Below are positions 39,803-52,400 of a DNA stretch of 64,000 nucleotides, piece by piece. Position numbers and translations under genes: made by a program. The notes under the pieces were generated by a model. The model saw only the letters and a program-made list of their open reading frames with translations, did not search any database and was not told the DNA's origin. Each line of letters begins with the position of its first letter. The stretch's first letter is position 1. Location: assembly GCA_038087875.1 (NCBI GenBank), contig CM075989.1:1178001-1242000 (forward strand), written 5' to 3'. The DNA comes from Malacoraja senta (taxonomy: Eukaryota).

Positions 39803-40711
39803 AAGCCCTGTCCCACTGTGCGAGTTCACCCAAGCGCTCTCCCGAGTTTAAAAAAAAATCTAACCTGTGGTAAGCCCGTAGAATGTACATAGCGGGTACG
39901 TTGGAGCTCGGGGACGTCTCTTAGCGCTAACGGCAGGTACTTGGGAAACGTGGTAACTCATGAAGATTTTTCAACATGTTGAAAAATGTCCACGAGTAAA
40001 ATATACTTGGGATGGAAAAATGTGATACTTTTTAACTGCTAGTTATACCGTAGTAGCTTGTGTGTTTACCGTAGTAGGACATGGGACATGCTTGTAAATG
40101 AGTAAAACAAATGTTCTTCTTTAAGTACTGTTGTTTCTGGGATGGGGTGACTGATTACAAATAACCTACATTCTATATTTTGTCATAATGTGGCTGAAAC
40201 AATGGCATATTTTGTGATATTTATTGAGATAGAAAGATACAACTGAGTTTGGGCAAAATATTACCTTGCAACATTCTGTATGTCTGATAGATATTGTGAA
40301 ATGGAACTCAGAAATTATGGGAGGATTACATAAAACTACAATTCAAAGGTAATGAATATACTGAATATTCTTATTTCCATCATGAACATACAATAGTGAT
40401 ATAGGACACCAGGTCCTACTACGGTAAACTCACGAGCTACTACGGTAAACTCACGAGCTACTGCGGTATAACTAGGAGTTAAAAAGTATCAATTTTTTCC
40501 ATCCCGAGTATATTTTACTCATGGACATTTTTCAACATGTTGAAAAATCTTCACAAGTTACCACGTTTCACGAGTACCTGCCGTTAGCGCTAAGAGACGT
40601 CCCCGAGCTCCGACGTACCCGCTACGTTCATTCTACGTGCTTACCACGAGTTTGATTTTTTTTTAAACTCGGGAGAGCTCTTGGGTGAACTGGCACAGTG
40701 GGACAGGGATT
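39803..40711. mobile_element. PIF/Harbinger-like MITE with TIRs of about 280 bp, inserted in the Gypsy 3' LTR
   Basis: aagccctgtcccactgtgcgagttcacccaag... mirrored by ...cttgggtgaactggcacagtgggacagggatt; TTA/TAA flanks. Confidence 0.88.
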
Positions 40712-40767
40712 TAACTTGTGTGTGCTCACGAGTGATGGCACGGTAATGGTTAAATATTAACTTGATG

Positions 40768-42105
40768 AAAAGAAAGCCCCTTAGAAAAGAAGTTAGAGAA
40801 GGAAGTAAAGTAAGAAAGTAGACCCTAGAAAAGAAAGAAAAAGAAAGTAGGAACAATCGCTCTATTATAACATTATACTCCGCAGAAAGGGGACCACCAA
40901 CCAAGTCTGTTTTTATTGTTTTACCTCCCATTACCAGGTCCTGATACCATTTATTTATTTATTTATTTTTAAAATTACTATTGCACCTCATGCTTGTAAT
41001 AGGTCCAGAAACGTAGACCACGTCTTTTGGAATTGGTCTGCTTTACCTGCTAAGAGGAATCTCATCTCTTCCAGATGTAATGTTTCAAACATATTTGATG
41101 TCCACATTTTTATTGTTGGTGTGGGCGCATTTTTCCAGAATTTAAGTATGAGCTTTTTTCCCATTATTAGCCCGTAATTGAATAAATTCTTCTGATACAC
41201 GTTTAATTCAGGGATACCTTCCGATATTCCAAAAATGATCCATTCTGGTTTTGGTACCAGTTTTATTTTAATTAATTTTGAAAAAATATCAAATATTTCA
41301 TACCAGAATTTTTGGATTTTTGTACAAAAAACAAAAGAATGCGCTATGGTAGCTTCTTGACATAGACATTTATCACAGATTGGTGAAACATTAGGAAAGA
41401 TTTTATTTAATTTAGTTTTTGAATAATATAGTCTACGTAATGTTTTGAATTGGATGAGCGTATGTCGTACATTGATCGAACATTTATGCACCTGTAGTAA
41501 ATGGTTATCCCAGCTCTCTTTTGAAATTTTTATAGCTAATTCTTGTTCCCAGTCTCTTCTAATTCCATCTGTTGTGGGTATTTCTATGTTTAAAATGATA
41601 TTATATAAGTACGATATTAGATTAGCTGATTCCGCCTTTGTCTTCATTGCTTCATCTAGTAAGTCGGGAGGCATATTATGATAGTCTTTTGTGTGTTTTT
41701 TCAGATAATCACGAATTTGTAGATATTTAAAATATTGGTTATTTTTCAAATTATATTTCAGTTGTAGTTGTTGAAATGATAGTAATTTTCCCAATTCGTA
41801 CAGATCTTCGAGCGTTTTGATTCCCATTCTTTCCCATTGTATAAATGATTTGTCTATGATTGAAGGTTTAAACGATGGGTTATTGACTATTGGTATTGAG
41901 AGAGATAGGTTTCTTAATTTTAGATTCTGTTTTATTTGTTTCCATGTTCTAATTGTGCTATATATAATTGGATTTTTATTATAATTTTTATTATTCAAAT
42001 TTATTGGAGAGAGAATAATCGCTCCTATATTACTCGGGGAGCAGTCCCCTTTTTCCATTACAATCCAGTCCACCTGCTGGGCAGCATTGTCCAGCAGCAC
42101 CCAAT
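40768..42105 (-). mobile_element. L1-clade LINE 3' fragment (ORF2 C-terminus with CCHC knuckle, plus 3' UTR)
   Basis: 370-aa open ORF 40988-42100: IQFKTLRRLYYS...CDKC...IAHSFVFC...FW...W...LEE. Confidence 0.88.
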
Positions 42106-42903
42106 ATATTTGGCTGGTGAGTTGTGGCTAAACCTCAAACATGGCCACCAGCAACACTTCACCATTATGAGCCATCGGGCAGCACTGCCCATTCTGTTCA
42201 ATTCAATGATTCAATGATACTTTATTGTCACATATACCTGGGAGCTTGGTTTTGCATACAACCTGCAGCAGACCTCACCTAGGCAGTACACAAGTGTCAT
42301 ACATTTATGTTTAATTTAGTTTAGATATATAGCGCAGAAACAGGCCCTTCGGCCCACCGGGTCTATGCCAACCAGCGATCACCGCACACCAACACTATCC
42401 TACACACTTGGGACAATTTACAATTTTACCAAGCCAATTAACCTGCAAAACTGTTCATGTTTGGAATTGGGAGGAAACCGATGATTCCGGATAAAACCCA
42501 TGCAGGTCACGGAGAGAATGTACAAACTCCGTACAGAATGTCAGGATCAAACTCTGGTCTCTGGCACTGGAAGGCAGCAGCTCCACCGTCTCCGTGCCAC
42601 CCTTTGCCATTTCTGGCGTCAACAACGTGACAAAGCGACGTGTCACTTTGAAAAGCTAAAGATCTGTGTGCAGAACCTGTGCTAGGGGTGAGTGTCCGCT
42701 TGCGTGGACAATACCTCAAACCGCTCATTCATTTTCTCTCAGATAGAATTTGGCCTTAAAATTCAGCTCTAAATATGGGCTTTACAGAGAGCCTTTAAAG
42801 CACACGTTAGGTCCTGCAATGAGATGTGATGGTGGAATCTGTGGATTTCTTAGTTGCTTTCAAGTAACTTTCTTGACAATATTTGCTGTTCTTTTTCTGA
42901 CAG

Positions 42904-42996
42904 CCCTTCATTGGTCGCATCAGGAGATGACTCTTCCCTGAAATTCTTTTCAAACTTTGAGTCAGGAAATCTTCGAAAAGCTATTCAAATTCGCAA
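42904..42996 (+). CDS. AGBL1: AGBL1-like exon (FESGNL motif, CCP N-domain)
   Basis: ctgacag|C...CGCAA|gtaagt; 93 nt, phase 2-2; PSLVASGDDSSLKFFSNFESGNLRKAIQIR(K). Confidence 0.95.
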
Positions 42997-43125
42997 GTAA
43001 GTGTAAAACGGGATATAGTGTACAGTTCAGTCTGATCCGCATTCTGCATGGACTCTTGTGATTATTTTAAAAGAAAGTATGCAGGTGAACACTTGCATTG
43101 GTAAGGGTGAGAAGAGCAAGACTAA

Positions 43126-43381
43126 AGGGCCTGTCCCACTAACGTGTCCTTGGCACGCAAATTACGCGACCTCGTGGTCGCGTTGAGGCGCACGGGCATC
43201 GGGTGGCCGCGCGGGGCCTGGTCCCACTGAGAAGCACGGAGGGGTATGGAGTTGTGCGCGGTAACGCGCGGGGCTCCGAAATTTTTGTAGAGAACTAAAT
43301 CTTCGCGGGATCGTCGCGACTCAACGCGACCGCGAGGTGGCGTAATTTGCGTGCCAAGGACACGTAAGTGGGACAGGCCCT
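43126..43381. mobile_element. PIF/Harbinger-like MITE (256 bp, CpG-rich)
   Basis: TAA|agggcctgtcccact...agtgggacaggccct|TAA; TIRs of about 60 bp; perfect TAA TSD. Confidence 0.92.
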
Positions 43382-44703
43382 TAAGTGTCAAATGCCGGTG
43401 ACTGGGATGAGTGTGGGTGGGTACTTCATGACTGGTGTGGGCATGATGGGCCAAAGGGTCTGTTTCAGTGCTGTTTTCTGATGTTTCTGTGTAATGAAAC
43501 TCCATACGACAATTGTACATGCCCTAATTAAGATCAATTCATTTAACCTAGACCAGGAATGGAAACTGGTATCTTCTGGCTCACCTACTTTGTTACACAT
43601 CGGAGTACAAAATATAATTTACCATCCTCTTGCTCCATCTAAGAATATGAATCATCAGAAGATGTCTATGTATATTCAGATATAGTGCAATCTCAGACCT
43701 TTTGCATCAATTTGTGCCCAGAGTCTCTCAAGCATTAGCAATGTGTCCATGGCCAGGGAATCTACACTAATGATGTTGATCAGGGGCCAGGTTTCTCCTG
43801 CACAATTCGGATATCTCCTTGCTTTTGTATGAGTAAGTTGTGTTGGAAGGAACTGCAGATGCTGGTTTACACCGAAGATAGAGACAAAATGCTGGAGTAA
43901 CTCAGTGGGTCAGGCAGCATCTCTGGAGAAAAAGAATAAGTGACATTTCAGACAGTGTGAAGAAGGGTCTCGACCCAAAATATCACCTATTCCTTTTCTC
44001 CAGAGATGTTGCCCAACCCACTGAGTTACTCCAGCATTTTGTGTCTATCTTCAATTCATGAGTTCCTTTCTGTCCTTCGAGGAGGATGGACAGTGCCTTA
44101 TTTCAGTATCTTATCTGGAAGTATCAGACAGTGCAGTACTCCCACACTCCTCTGGAGGGTCACAGTGCAAGGGGACTTGAACTCACAAGTTTTTAACTCA
44201 AGAGTGCTTCCTTTAGTGACACGGCTGGAATGAAGTCTCATGTAGCCACCATAATGTTATGTGGAAGAATGTTATGACAATCTAACAGTGACTGTGGCGA
44301 CTTTCAAACATGTCACTATTGATCTTTGCTTCATCTTTAAATTAAACATCAGAATTGCAGCCCTTGAGAGCTTTTTCTCCATGCCACTGGAATATGAATG
44401 ACACAGAATACTCAGTCTCTGAAGAACTTCTTTGTTATAACTTATCAGTGGGGAAATTGCTTTTGATTGAAGAGGCTAGACCAAACTCTTATCCCTCCAG
44501 GTTGATTCATAAGAAACAGAGATTTTTGCAATGCAGATGCAGGATCATTGTGCTCATGCCACCAAAATAATTCCACTTCCACCAAACTTTCAGCTCAAAG
44601 AACAAAGTGCTCAAGGAACACAGCGGGTCAGACAGCATCTCTGGAGGGAAAGAACCAATGATATTTTGGGTCAGGGCCTTCTTCAAATAGGTCTAGAAGT
44701 CTG

Positions 44704-45743
44704 TAGGTATGTTACAAAACTTACCTTCAGTGGCGCTGCAGTTCTGTCACTGCCCGTGTGCGCGACTTTGGCGCCTTTGAGAGGGGGGCGGGTTTAAAAT
44801 GCGGTATTTCTCCAGGCTATTCAAATCGATTTTGAACAGGCTGTTTAGAAGCTGAAGAAAAATTGCTTCGACATCGGTTTTATTAAATTTATTTTAAACA
44901 TTGCTGGAGAATTTAATAACTGGAGTAAATTAAAAAGCATCTTCTAAAGCCGTCAACGCCGACAACGGGGACGGATTTCACAAATGGGACAGGTAAAAAA
45001 AGCCGTTTATTTTACATATAAACTTGCTTCTTAGGATGCCTTTAATCAACATTTTACGTTGCGAAAAGGTGATTATCTAAATATACGAACCGGCAGTATT
45101 TTTCCTGCCGATATGGGGTTTAAAATCACCGCAAATGCAACGTTCCAAACCAGCGCGTTCCTCAAAATCCCACTCGCAAGATGATTTAAATGGTCATTAA
45201 TTTACGGGAATTAAACACTAAATTCCTTCCATTTGGCCTATAAATTCATAATGAGATTTAAAAATTATGTTATATTGTGAATTCTTATGTGAATGTTATT
45301 TGGACACTTACGCTATTTAAAAATGTTAATCTTTTCTTAAGAAATTGATAGATGTTTAGATCTAGTAATTGAATTTTGTAATTAGCTACAATTAGGTAAC
45401 TGACTAATTATATGCTTTAATTTCAGGTTATCCAAGTAAGATTGTTTCATATTTGTTTCAGAATGCTTCAATCTATAATAACTGAACATTTCATTCAGTT
45501 CTCTTAATTTTTAAGAAAGTTATGGGCTTTTGACTGTCCTCGATCACAGCTTTTGAGTTAAGTCAGTGGAAAAGCAATAGGGAACAAGATGCTAATTTCC
45601 GAGTATGAAAATGGCCATAACCTTTTTAATACTGAAGATATGAAAGTGAATTAGGTGTCAAATTAAACTTATTTTTATGCTTTATCTGATGGAATAAATG
45701 GCAGACTTGATTTTTAAAATCTCAAAATGTTGTAACATTGCTA
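44704..45743. mobile_element. Non-autonomous DNA-transposon-like insertion with TAG...CTA termini
   Basis: Imperfect TIR taggtatgttacaaaac / atgttgtaacattgcta; splits a PLE fold-back module (44598-44690 and 45745-45872). Confidence 0.6.
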
Positions 45744-46755
45744 AATTCTGAAGAAGGATCCTGACCTGAAACATTATCTGCCTATTTTCCCTCCACAGAC
45801 ACAGCCTGGCCTGCTGAGTTCCTCCAGCACTTTGTTTTTTGCGCAGGTTTTCAGCATCTGTAGTTCCTTGCATCCCTAATTTCTAAATCTCAGTTTGCAG
45901 GGTATAGGATCTCAAATACTTGGGATCTCCTGGTAATGTTCAAAAGTGATCTGAGATCCTGCCTCTTCCATTCCATCAAGCAAGGAATTCCAGATCCCCG
46001 TCATTTTTCTCAATGGATAAATTCCCTTCTAACCTTTCTGCCAATGACCTCCTGCATTATTCCACTTTGGGTTATCTTTTAAGTGGCACAGTGGTGCAGC
46101 TGGTAGAACAGCTGACTTCACAGCGCCAGAAACCCGTCTTTAATTCTGATCTTGGGTGCTGTCTGTGTGGAGTTTGCACTTTCTTTCTGTGACTGTGTGG
46201 GTTTCCTCCGGGTGCTGTGGTTTCCTCCCATATCTCAAAGACATGCAGATTTGTAGATTAATTGCCTTCTGTAAGATTTCCACTGCTGTGTAGGGAGTGG
46301 GATAGCATAGAGCAAAAGTGGGATAACATAGAACTAGTGCGAACGGGTGACAGATGGTCAGCATGGACTTGATGGGCCGAAGGGTCTGTTTCCATGCTGT
46401 ATTATTCAATCAATCAACTTTGTTCTTGTATGCACAAGACATTTGGAAGGTGCCAAGATCAAGACTGAACATGGGAGCCCACTTCTAACTGCCAGCACTG
46501 GATCAAAGACAATTACATTAAGTTTCCAATCATAATGACATTTAAGTTATTTGAATTAGTTTTCAGGAAAAGATAATCCACGGCTAGGTATAATTTGTTC
46601 CAGGTTTTATTATCTGCCATTGTGTTTCTCATAATGATATCAAATTACCAAATGAATCTGTTCCTCGGTTGTTCAGTGTCCGGGTTGGATTTATATTGTT
46701 GAGCAGCAGTATTTTGGCTGTTCTTTAAATGTCATTCTTTCCTATTCCTGTCCAG

Positions 46756-46904
46756 GTATGAATATGATCTGGTAATGAATGCTGACATCAACACAACCCT
46801 TCAGCAGCAGTGGTTCTACTTTGAAATCAGTGGCATGAGAGCTGGCATCTCGTACCGATTCAATATTATTAACTGTGAGAAGACAAATAGCCAGTTCAAC
46901 TACG
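46756..46904 (+). CDS. AGBL1: AGBL1-like exon (WFYF motif)
   Basis: gtccag|G...TACG|gtaagg; 149 nt, phase 2 to 1; [49 protein letters not shown](G). Confidence 0.95.
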
Positions 46905-47059
46905 GTAAGGAGTGTAAGACACAGTGACATTCCAGGCACATTAGAGTAGACAGAATCCACTGTTTCACATGATGAAGGCAATGCTGTTGTGGCTTAAATT
47001 GCCAAACAGCCAAAGTACTACATGATTACAGACCAATGCATTGCAAACCTCCAGCTTCA

Positions 47060-49452
47060 TAGAAACATAGAAACATAGGTGCAGGAGGAGGCCATTCAGC
47101 CCTTCGAGCCAGCCATTCATTGTGATCATGGCTGTTCGTCCCCAATCAATAACCCGTGCCTGCCTTCTCCCCATATCCCTTGATTCCACCAGCCCCTAGA
47201 GCTCTATCCAACTCTCACTTAAATCCATCCCATGATTTGGCCTCCACTGCCCTCTGTGGAAGGGAATTCCACAAATTCACAACTCTCTGGGTGAAAATGT
47301 TTTTTCTCACCTCAGTCTTAAATGACCTCCCCTTTATTCTAAGACAGTGGCCCCTGGTTCTGGACTCACCCAAGATTGGGAACATTTTTCCTGCATCTAG
47401 CTTGTCTAGTCCTTGGTATTGGGGGTAGGGTGTTGACATGGATAGAAAATTGGTTGGCAGACCGGAAGCAAAGAGTAGGAGTGAACGGGTCCTTTTCAGA
47501 ATGGCAGGCAGCGGTGAGTAGAGTGTCGCAAGGCTCGGTGTTGGGGCCGCAACTGTTTACCATATTAATTAATGATTTGGAAGAGGGAATTAGGAGCAAC
47601 ACTAGCAAGTTTGCGGATGACACAAAGCTGGGTGGCAGTGTGAACTGTGAAGAGGATGTTAGGAGGTTGCAAGGTGACCTGGACAGATTGAGTGAGTGGG
47701 CAGATGCGTGGCAAATGCAGCATAATATAGATAAATGTGAGGTTATCCACTTTGGCAGCAAAAACTAGGGGGCAGATTATTATCTCAATGGGGTTAGGTT
47801 AGGTAAGGGTGAGGTACAGCGAGAACTGGGTGTCCTTGTACACCGGTCACTGAAAGTTGGCGTGCAGGTACAGCAGGCTGTGAAGAAAGCTAATGGAATG
47901 TTGGCCTTCATAACAAGAGGATTTCAGTATAGGAGTAAAGAGGTTCTTCTGCAGTTGTATAGGGCTCTGGTGAGACCACATCTGGAGTATTGTATACAGT
48001 TTTGGCCTCCTAATTTGAGGAAGGACATCCTTGTGATTGAGGCAGTGCAGCGTAGGTTCACGAGATTGATCCCTGGGATGGCGGGACTGTCATATGAGGA
48101 AAGATTGAAAAGACTAGGCTTGTATTCACTGGAGTTTAGAAGGATGAGGGGGAATCTTATAGAAACATATAAAATTATAAAAGGACTGGACAAGCTAGAT
48201 GCAGGAAAAATGTTCCCAATGTTGGGCGAGTCCAGAACCAGGGGCCACAGTCTTAGAATAAAGGGGATGTCGTTTAAGACTGAGGTGAGAAAAAAAAAAT
48301 TCACCCAGAAATTTGTGAATTTAAGGAATTCCCTGCCACAGAGGGCAGTGGAGGCCAAATCACTGCATGGATTTAAGAGAGAGTTAGATAGAGCTCTAGG
48401 TGCTAGTGGAGTCAAGGGATATGGGGAGAAGGCAGGCACGGGTTATTGATAGGGGACGATCAGCCAAGATCACAATGAATGGGGGTGCTGGCTCGAAGGG
48501 CCGAATGGCCTCCTACTGCACCTATTTTCTATATTTCTATGTTTCTATGTCCTTTTATAATTTTATATGTTTCGATAAGATCCCCCTCATCCTTCTAAAC
48601 TCTAAACTCCAGTGAATACAAGCCTAGTCTTTTCAATCTTTCCTCATATGACAGTCCCGCCATCCCAGGGATCAAGCTTGTGTACCTATGCTGCACTGCC
48701 TCAATCACAAGGATGTCCTTCCTCAAATTAGGAGACCAAAACTGTACACAATACTCCAGATGTGGTCTTACCTGAGCCCTATACAACTGCAGAAGAACCT
48801 CTCTACTCTAATACTGAAATCCTCTTGTTATGAAGGCCAACATTCCATTAGCTTTCTTCACTGCCTGCTGTACCTGCACGCCAACTTTCAGTGATAGTAC
48901 AAGGACACCCAGGTCTCGCTGTACCTCCCCCTTACCTAACCTAACCCCATTGAGATAATAATCTGCCCCCTTGTTTTTGCCACCAAAGTGGATAACCTCA
49001 CATTTATCTATATTATACTGCATCTGACACGCATCTGCCCACTCACTCAACCTGTCCAGGTCATCCTGCAAACTCCTAGCATCCTCTTCACAGTTCACAC
49101 TGCTACCCAGCTTTGCAAACTTGCTAGTGTTGCTCCTAATTCCCTCTTCCAAATCATTAATATATATGGTAAACAGTTGCGGCCCCAACACCGAGCCTTG
49201 CGGCACTCCACTCGCCACTGCCTGCCATTCTGAAAAGGACCCGTTCACTCCTACTCTTTGCTTCCTGTCTGCCAACATATTTTTTATCCATGTCAATACC
49301 CTACCCCCAATACCATGTGCTCTAATTTTAGTCACCAGTCTCCCATGCGGGACCTTATCAAAGGCTTTCTGAAAGTCTAGATACACCACATCCACTGACT
49401 CCCCTTCATCCATTTTGCTTGTCACATCCTCAAAAAATTCCAGAAGATTAGT
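47060..49452 (-). mobile_element. CR1 LINE (segments 49452-48555 and 47414-47060) interrupted by a same-family copy
   Basis: RT ORF 48808-49425; the sequence continues in register at 47414 through to the (tttctatg)n tail. Confidence 0.9.
47415..48548 (+). mobile_element. CR1 LINE, 5'-truncated, flanked by a GTCCTT duplication
   Basis: RT ORFs 47376-47768 and 47862-48449; GTCCTT at 47409-47414 and 48549-48554. Confidence 0.9.
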
Positions 49453-52400
49453 CTTCAGTAGCTATCTGCCTCTAAGTTTATTGGACGAGTGATCGGAGAC
49501 TGGAGCATGATTCTAGGTCAAATCTCATTGTTTCAACTGAGGAACTTAACATTCAAGCGATTCAACAAATTTGGATAAAATGTCTAGTATCACGATGAGC
49601 ATATGAAACCTTTGGATTGCTGTAAGAAAAAGGGTCTCAACCCAAAACATTACCCAATCCTTCTCTCCAGAGATGCTGCCTGTCCCGCTGAGTTACTCCA
49701 GCTTTTTGTGTCTATTTATAAGAAAATTACATGCATTATTATCGGTTGCACCTCAAATGCAAGAAGAAGAATAAGGTTGCACCTGCAGTTCCCTGTGTCT
49801 CCACTTTACTAACGGCCTCCAGGGCGGGAATCTGTTGTCCTTACCTGGTATAGTGTCCAGATTCACCACTCTTATCTGCCCTCTGAAATGCCTCTGACAT
49901 CCTGCCATATTAGGTTAGGTAATCAAAGATATTGCTGTTTAGGTTACATTGAAGAAGGAGGCATTTTCTTGTGATGGATCTCTGTCCTGAAACATTAACC
50001 GTTTCATTCTCCACAGATGCTGCCTGACCTGCTGTGTGCTTTCTGCACATTCTGTATTTATTGCAGAAGTTCATGTTCATAAGTTCTAGGAGCAGAATCA
50101 GGCCATTCGGCCCATCAAGTCTACTCTGCCATTCAATCATGGCTGATCTATCTTTCCCTCTCAACCCCATTCTTCTGCCTTCTTCCCATAACCCCTAACA
50201 CCCGTACTAATCCAAAACTGTCAATCTCTGCCTTAAAAACATCCATGACTTGGCCTCCACAGCCTTCTGTGGCAATGAATTCCACAGACTCACCACTCTC
50301 TGATTAAAGAAATTCCTCCTCATTTCCTTTCCAAATGTTGTCCTTTTATGGTAAGGCTATGGTCTCTGGTCCACGACTCTCCCACTAAGAGCTGGGCATT
50401 TGGGATATTGGTTCGCTGCTAAGGACTGTGCGATGTGTGTCGAGTATCCTGCTAGCATCTTTCTCTCTTTCCCAACACGATGCAATTCACTGCTTTCACA
50501 CATTTATTCACTTTCATTTTGAAAGCTGCAGTTGAATCTACACCCGCACAGGCAGTAGATCCTGGCCCAGGTCCACATGATGAGACTGACCACTCTGCCT
50601 CATTCACCTGTGCACCTTGCAACCTGTCTCCTGGGGCCTTTTAGCTTGTTGCCAATAGGAACAGTCTTTCCCCTCATTCTGCCTCAACTTGTCTTATTTT
50701 ATCTACTTCTCCCACAGCTGCTTATATAAAGAATACGCCTCCACATTGCATCCCTCATGAGATCACACCTTCCCTACCCAGCAATGGGTTTACGAGGGCA
50801 CCACCCTGCTGAGTCATTTGTCGCTGGCCCTGATTGGTCCTAATCTTTTCTGGCCTCTTAAACCACCCCCCCCTTCCGCCCACCCATCCACCTTCAATCT
50901 GAAGAAGGGCCCCAACCTGAAACGTCACCAGAGATGTTGCCTGACCTGCTGAGTTACTCCAGCACTTTGTATCTATCTTCCACACACTTCCTTGTGCTAT
51001 CCTTCCATGTTAAATGCCAAAGATTGTTTTCTTGCCTGAGGATGCTATGTAAAAACTTTTAGAATCAAGCATTCATGAGAGAGCAGTAAAAAGCTTGGGT
51101 AAGACTGCTATATATTCAGCAGGTCAGGCAACGTCTGTGGAGGGAAGCAGGCAGATGGCATTTCAATGTAATAACAAGGAACTGCAAATGCTGGTTTATA
51201 CCAAAGATAGACATAAAATACCGAAATCACTCTGGGACAGAGAGCATCTGTCGAGAAAATGGATGGGTGATGTTTCTGGTCGGGACCCTTCTTCAGACTG
51301 ATTGTAGAGGGGGCAGGAAAGAAATCTGGGAGAGAAGGGGCGGAACATGAACTGTGCTGCCACTTCTCTTTCTTAATGTTCTTCCTATAGATGATGTTTC
51401 AAGTTGGGATAATGCCTGAGTCTGGAGAAGGGTCTCGACCTGAAATGTCCTCTATCCATTACTCCCCACCGGTGCTGCCCGATCCGCTGACTTTCTCCAG
51501 CAGTTTATTTCTCGTTCAAGATTCCAGCATTTGCAGTCTCTTGTGTTCCTATTAAACCATTGGGCATGTCTTGCAAGGATTGAAAGGGGTTGCTCTAATC
51601 TACTCCAAGCCATTGGTGAAATTGCACTGAAAAGCCGTTGCCTCCTCCAATCTTTCTCCTCAAGTTTTGCACCATAATGATGAACCCTCTGCTCCACCCA
51701 ATCCATACCCGATACGGGTGCTGTCTGTGCGTTTGTACGTTCTCCCTGTGACCTGCATGGGTTTTGTCCGGGTGCTCTAGTTTTCCCCCACAACCCAAAG
51801 ATGCACAGGTTTGTCGGTTAAATAGCTTCTGTAAATTCTAAATATCCCTAGTGTGCAGGATACTGTTAGTGTGTGGGATGATCGCTGGTTGGTGCGGACA
51901 CGTGGGCTGAAGGTCCTGTTTTTTGCATTGTATCTCTAAAGTCTAAAGTCTAAAAGTCTGAATCCATGAGCTAAACTTTTCAGCCCAATGAATTTATAAA
52001 TAATTTGTGATTAACTAGAAGATTAAATGAACATCTCTATATCTGCATGCCCAAGGATTATCTGCTAACCAATATACACTGCAAATGCTGGTTTATACCA
52101 AAGATAGACATAAAATGCTGAAATCACTCAGCGGGTCAGAGAGTATCTGTGGAGAAAATATATCTTGGTTCGCAGCTTTCTTGGACAGATAATCCTTGAC
52201 TAGAATTGGAAGTCGGCAGCTTTATACCCGAGACATTATGTAGTTTGGGTTTAGGGACATGTCGTACACAGTTTATCTTCCCCGAAGCCTTCGTATTGTA
52301 GCTACAGCATAAGACTTTTATATTTTGATTCATGTGTTTGCAAGTATAATGCTTCCTCTGAATACAGTTCAGTATGAATTATTATGATAAATATTTATAC

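Larger units (their letters stand above)
30131..40767 (+). mobile_element. Gypsy LTR retrotransposon (CsRn1-like), degenerate and heavily nested
   Basis: 5' LTR TG at 30131-30292 plus 36327-36426 CA. PBS tggtgacccc(c)ga at 36428 (tRNA-Trp type). Gag KLPTFW...WFEQAEAQ, protease LDMGAEVSVLP, RNase H, integrase (SDR.AQFTS, HPQANG). PPT gagggggg near 39639. 3' LTR 39650-39802 plus 40712-40767, truncated. Confidence 0.9.
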
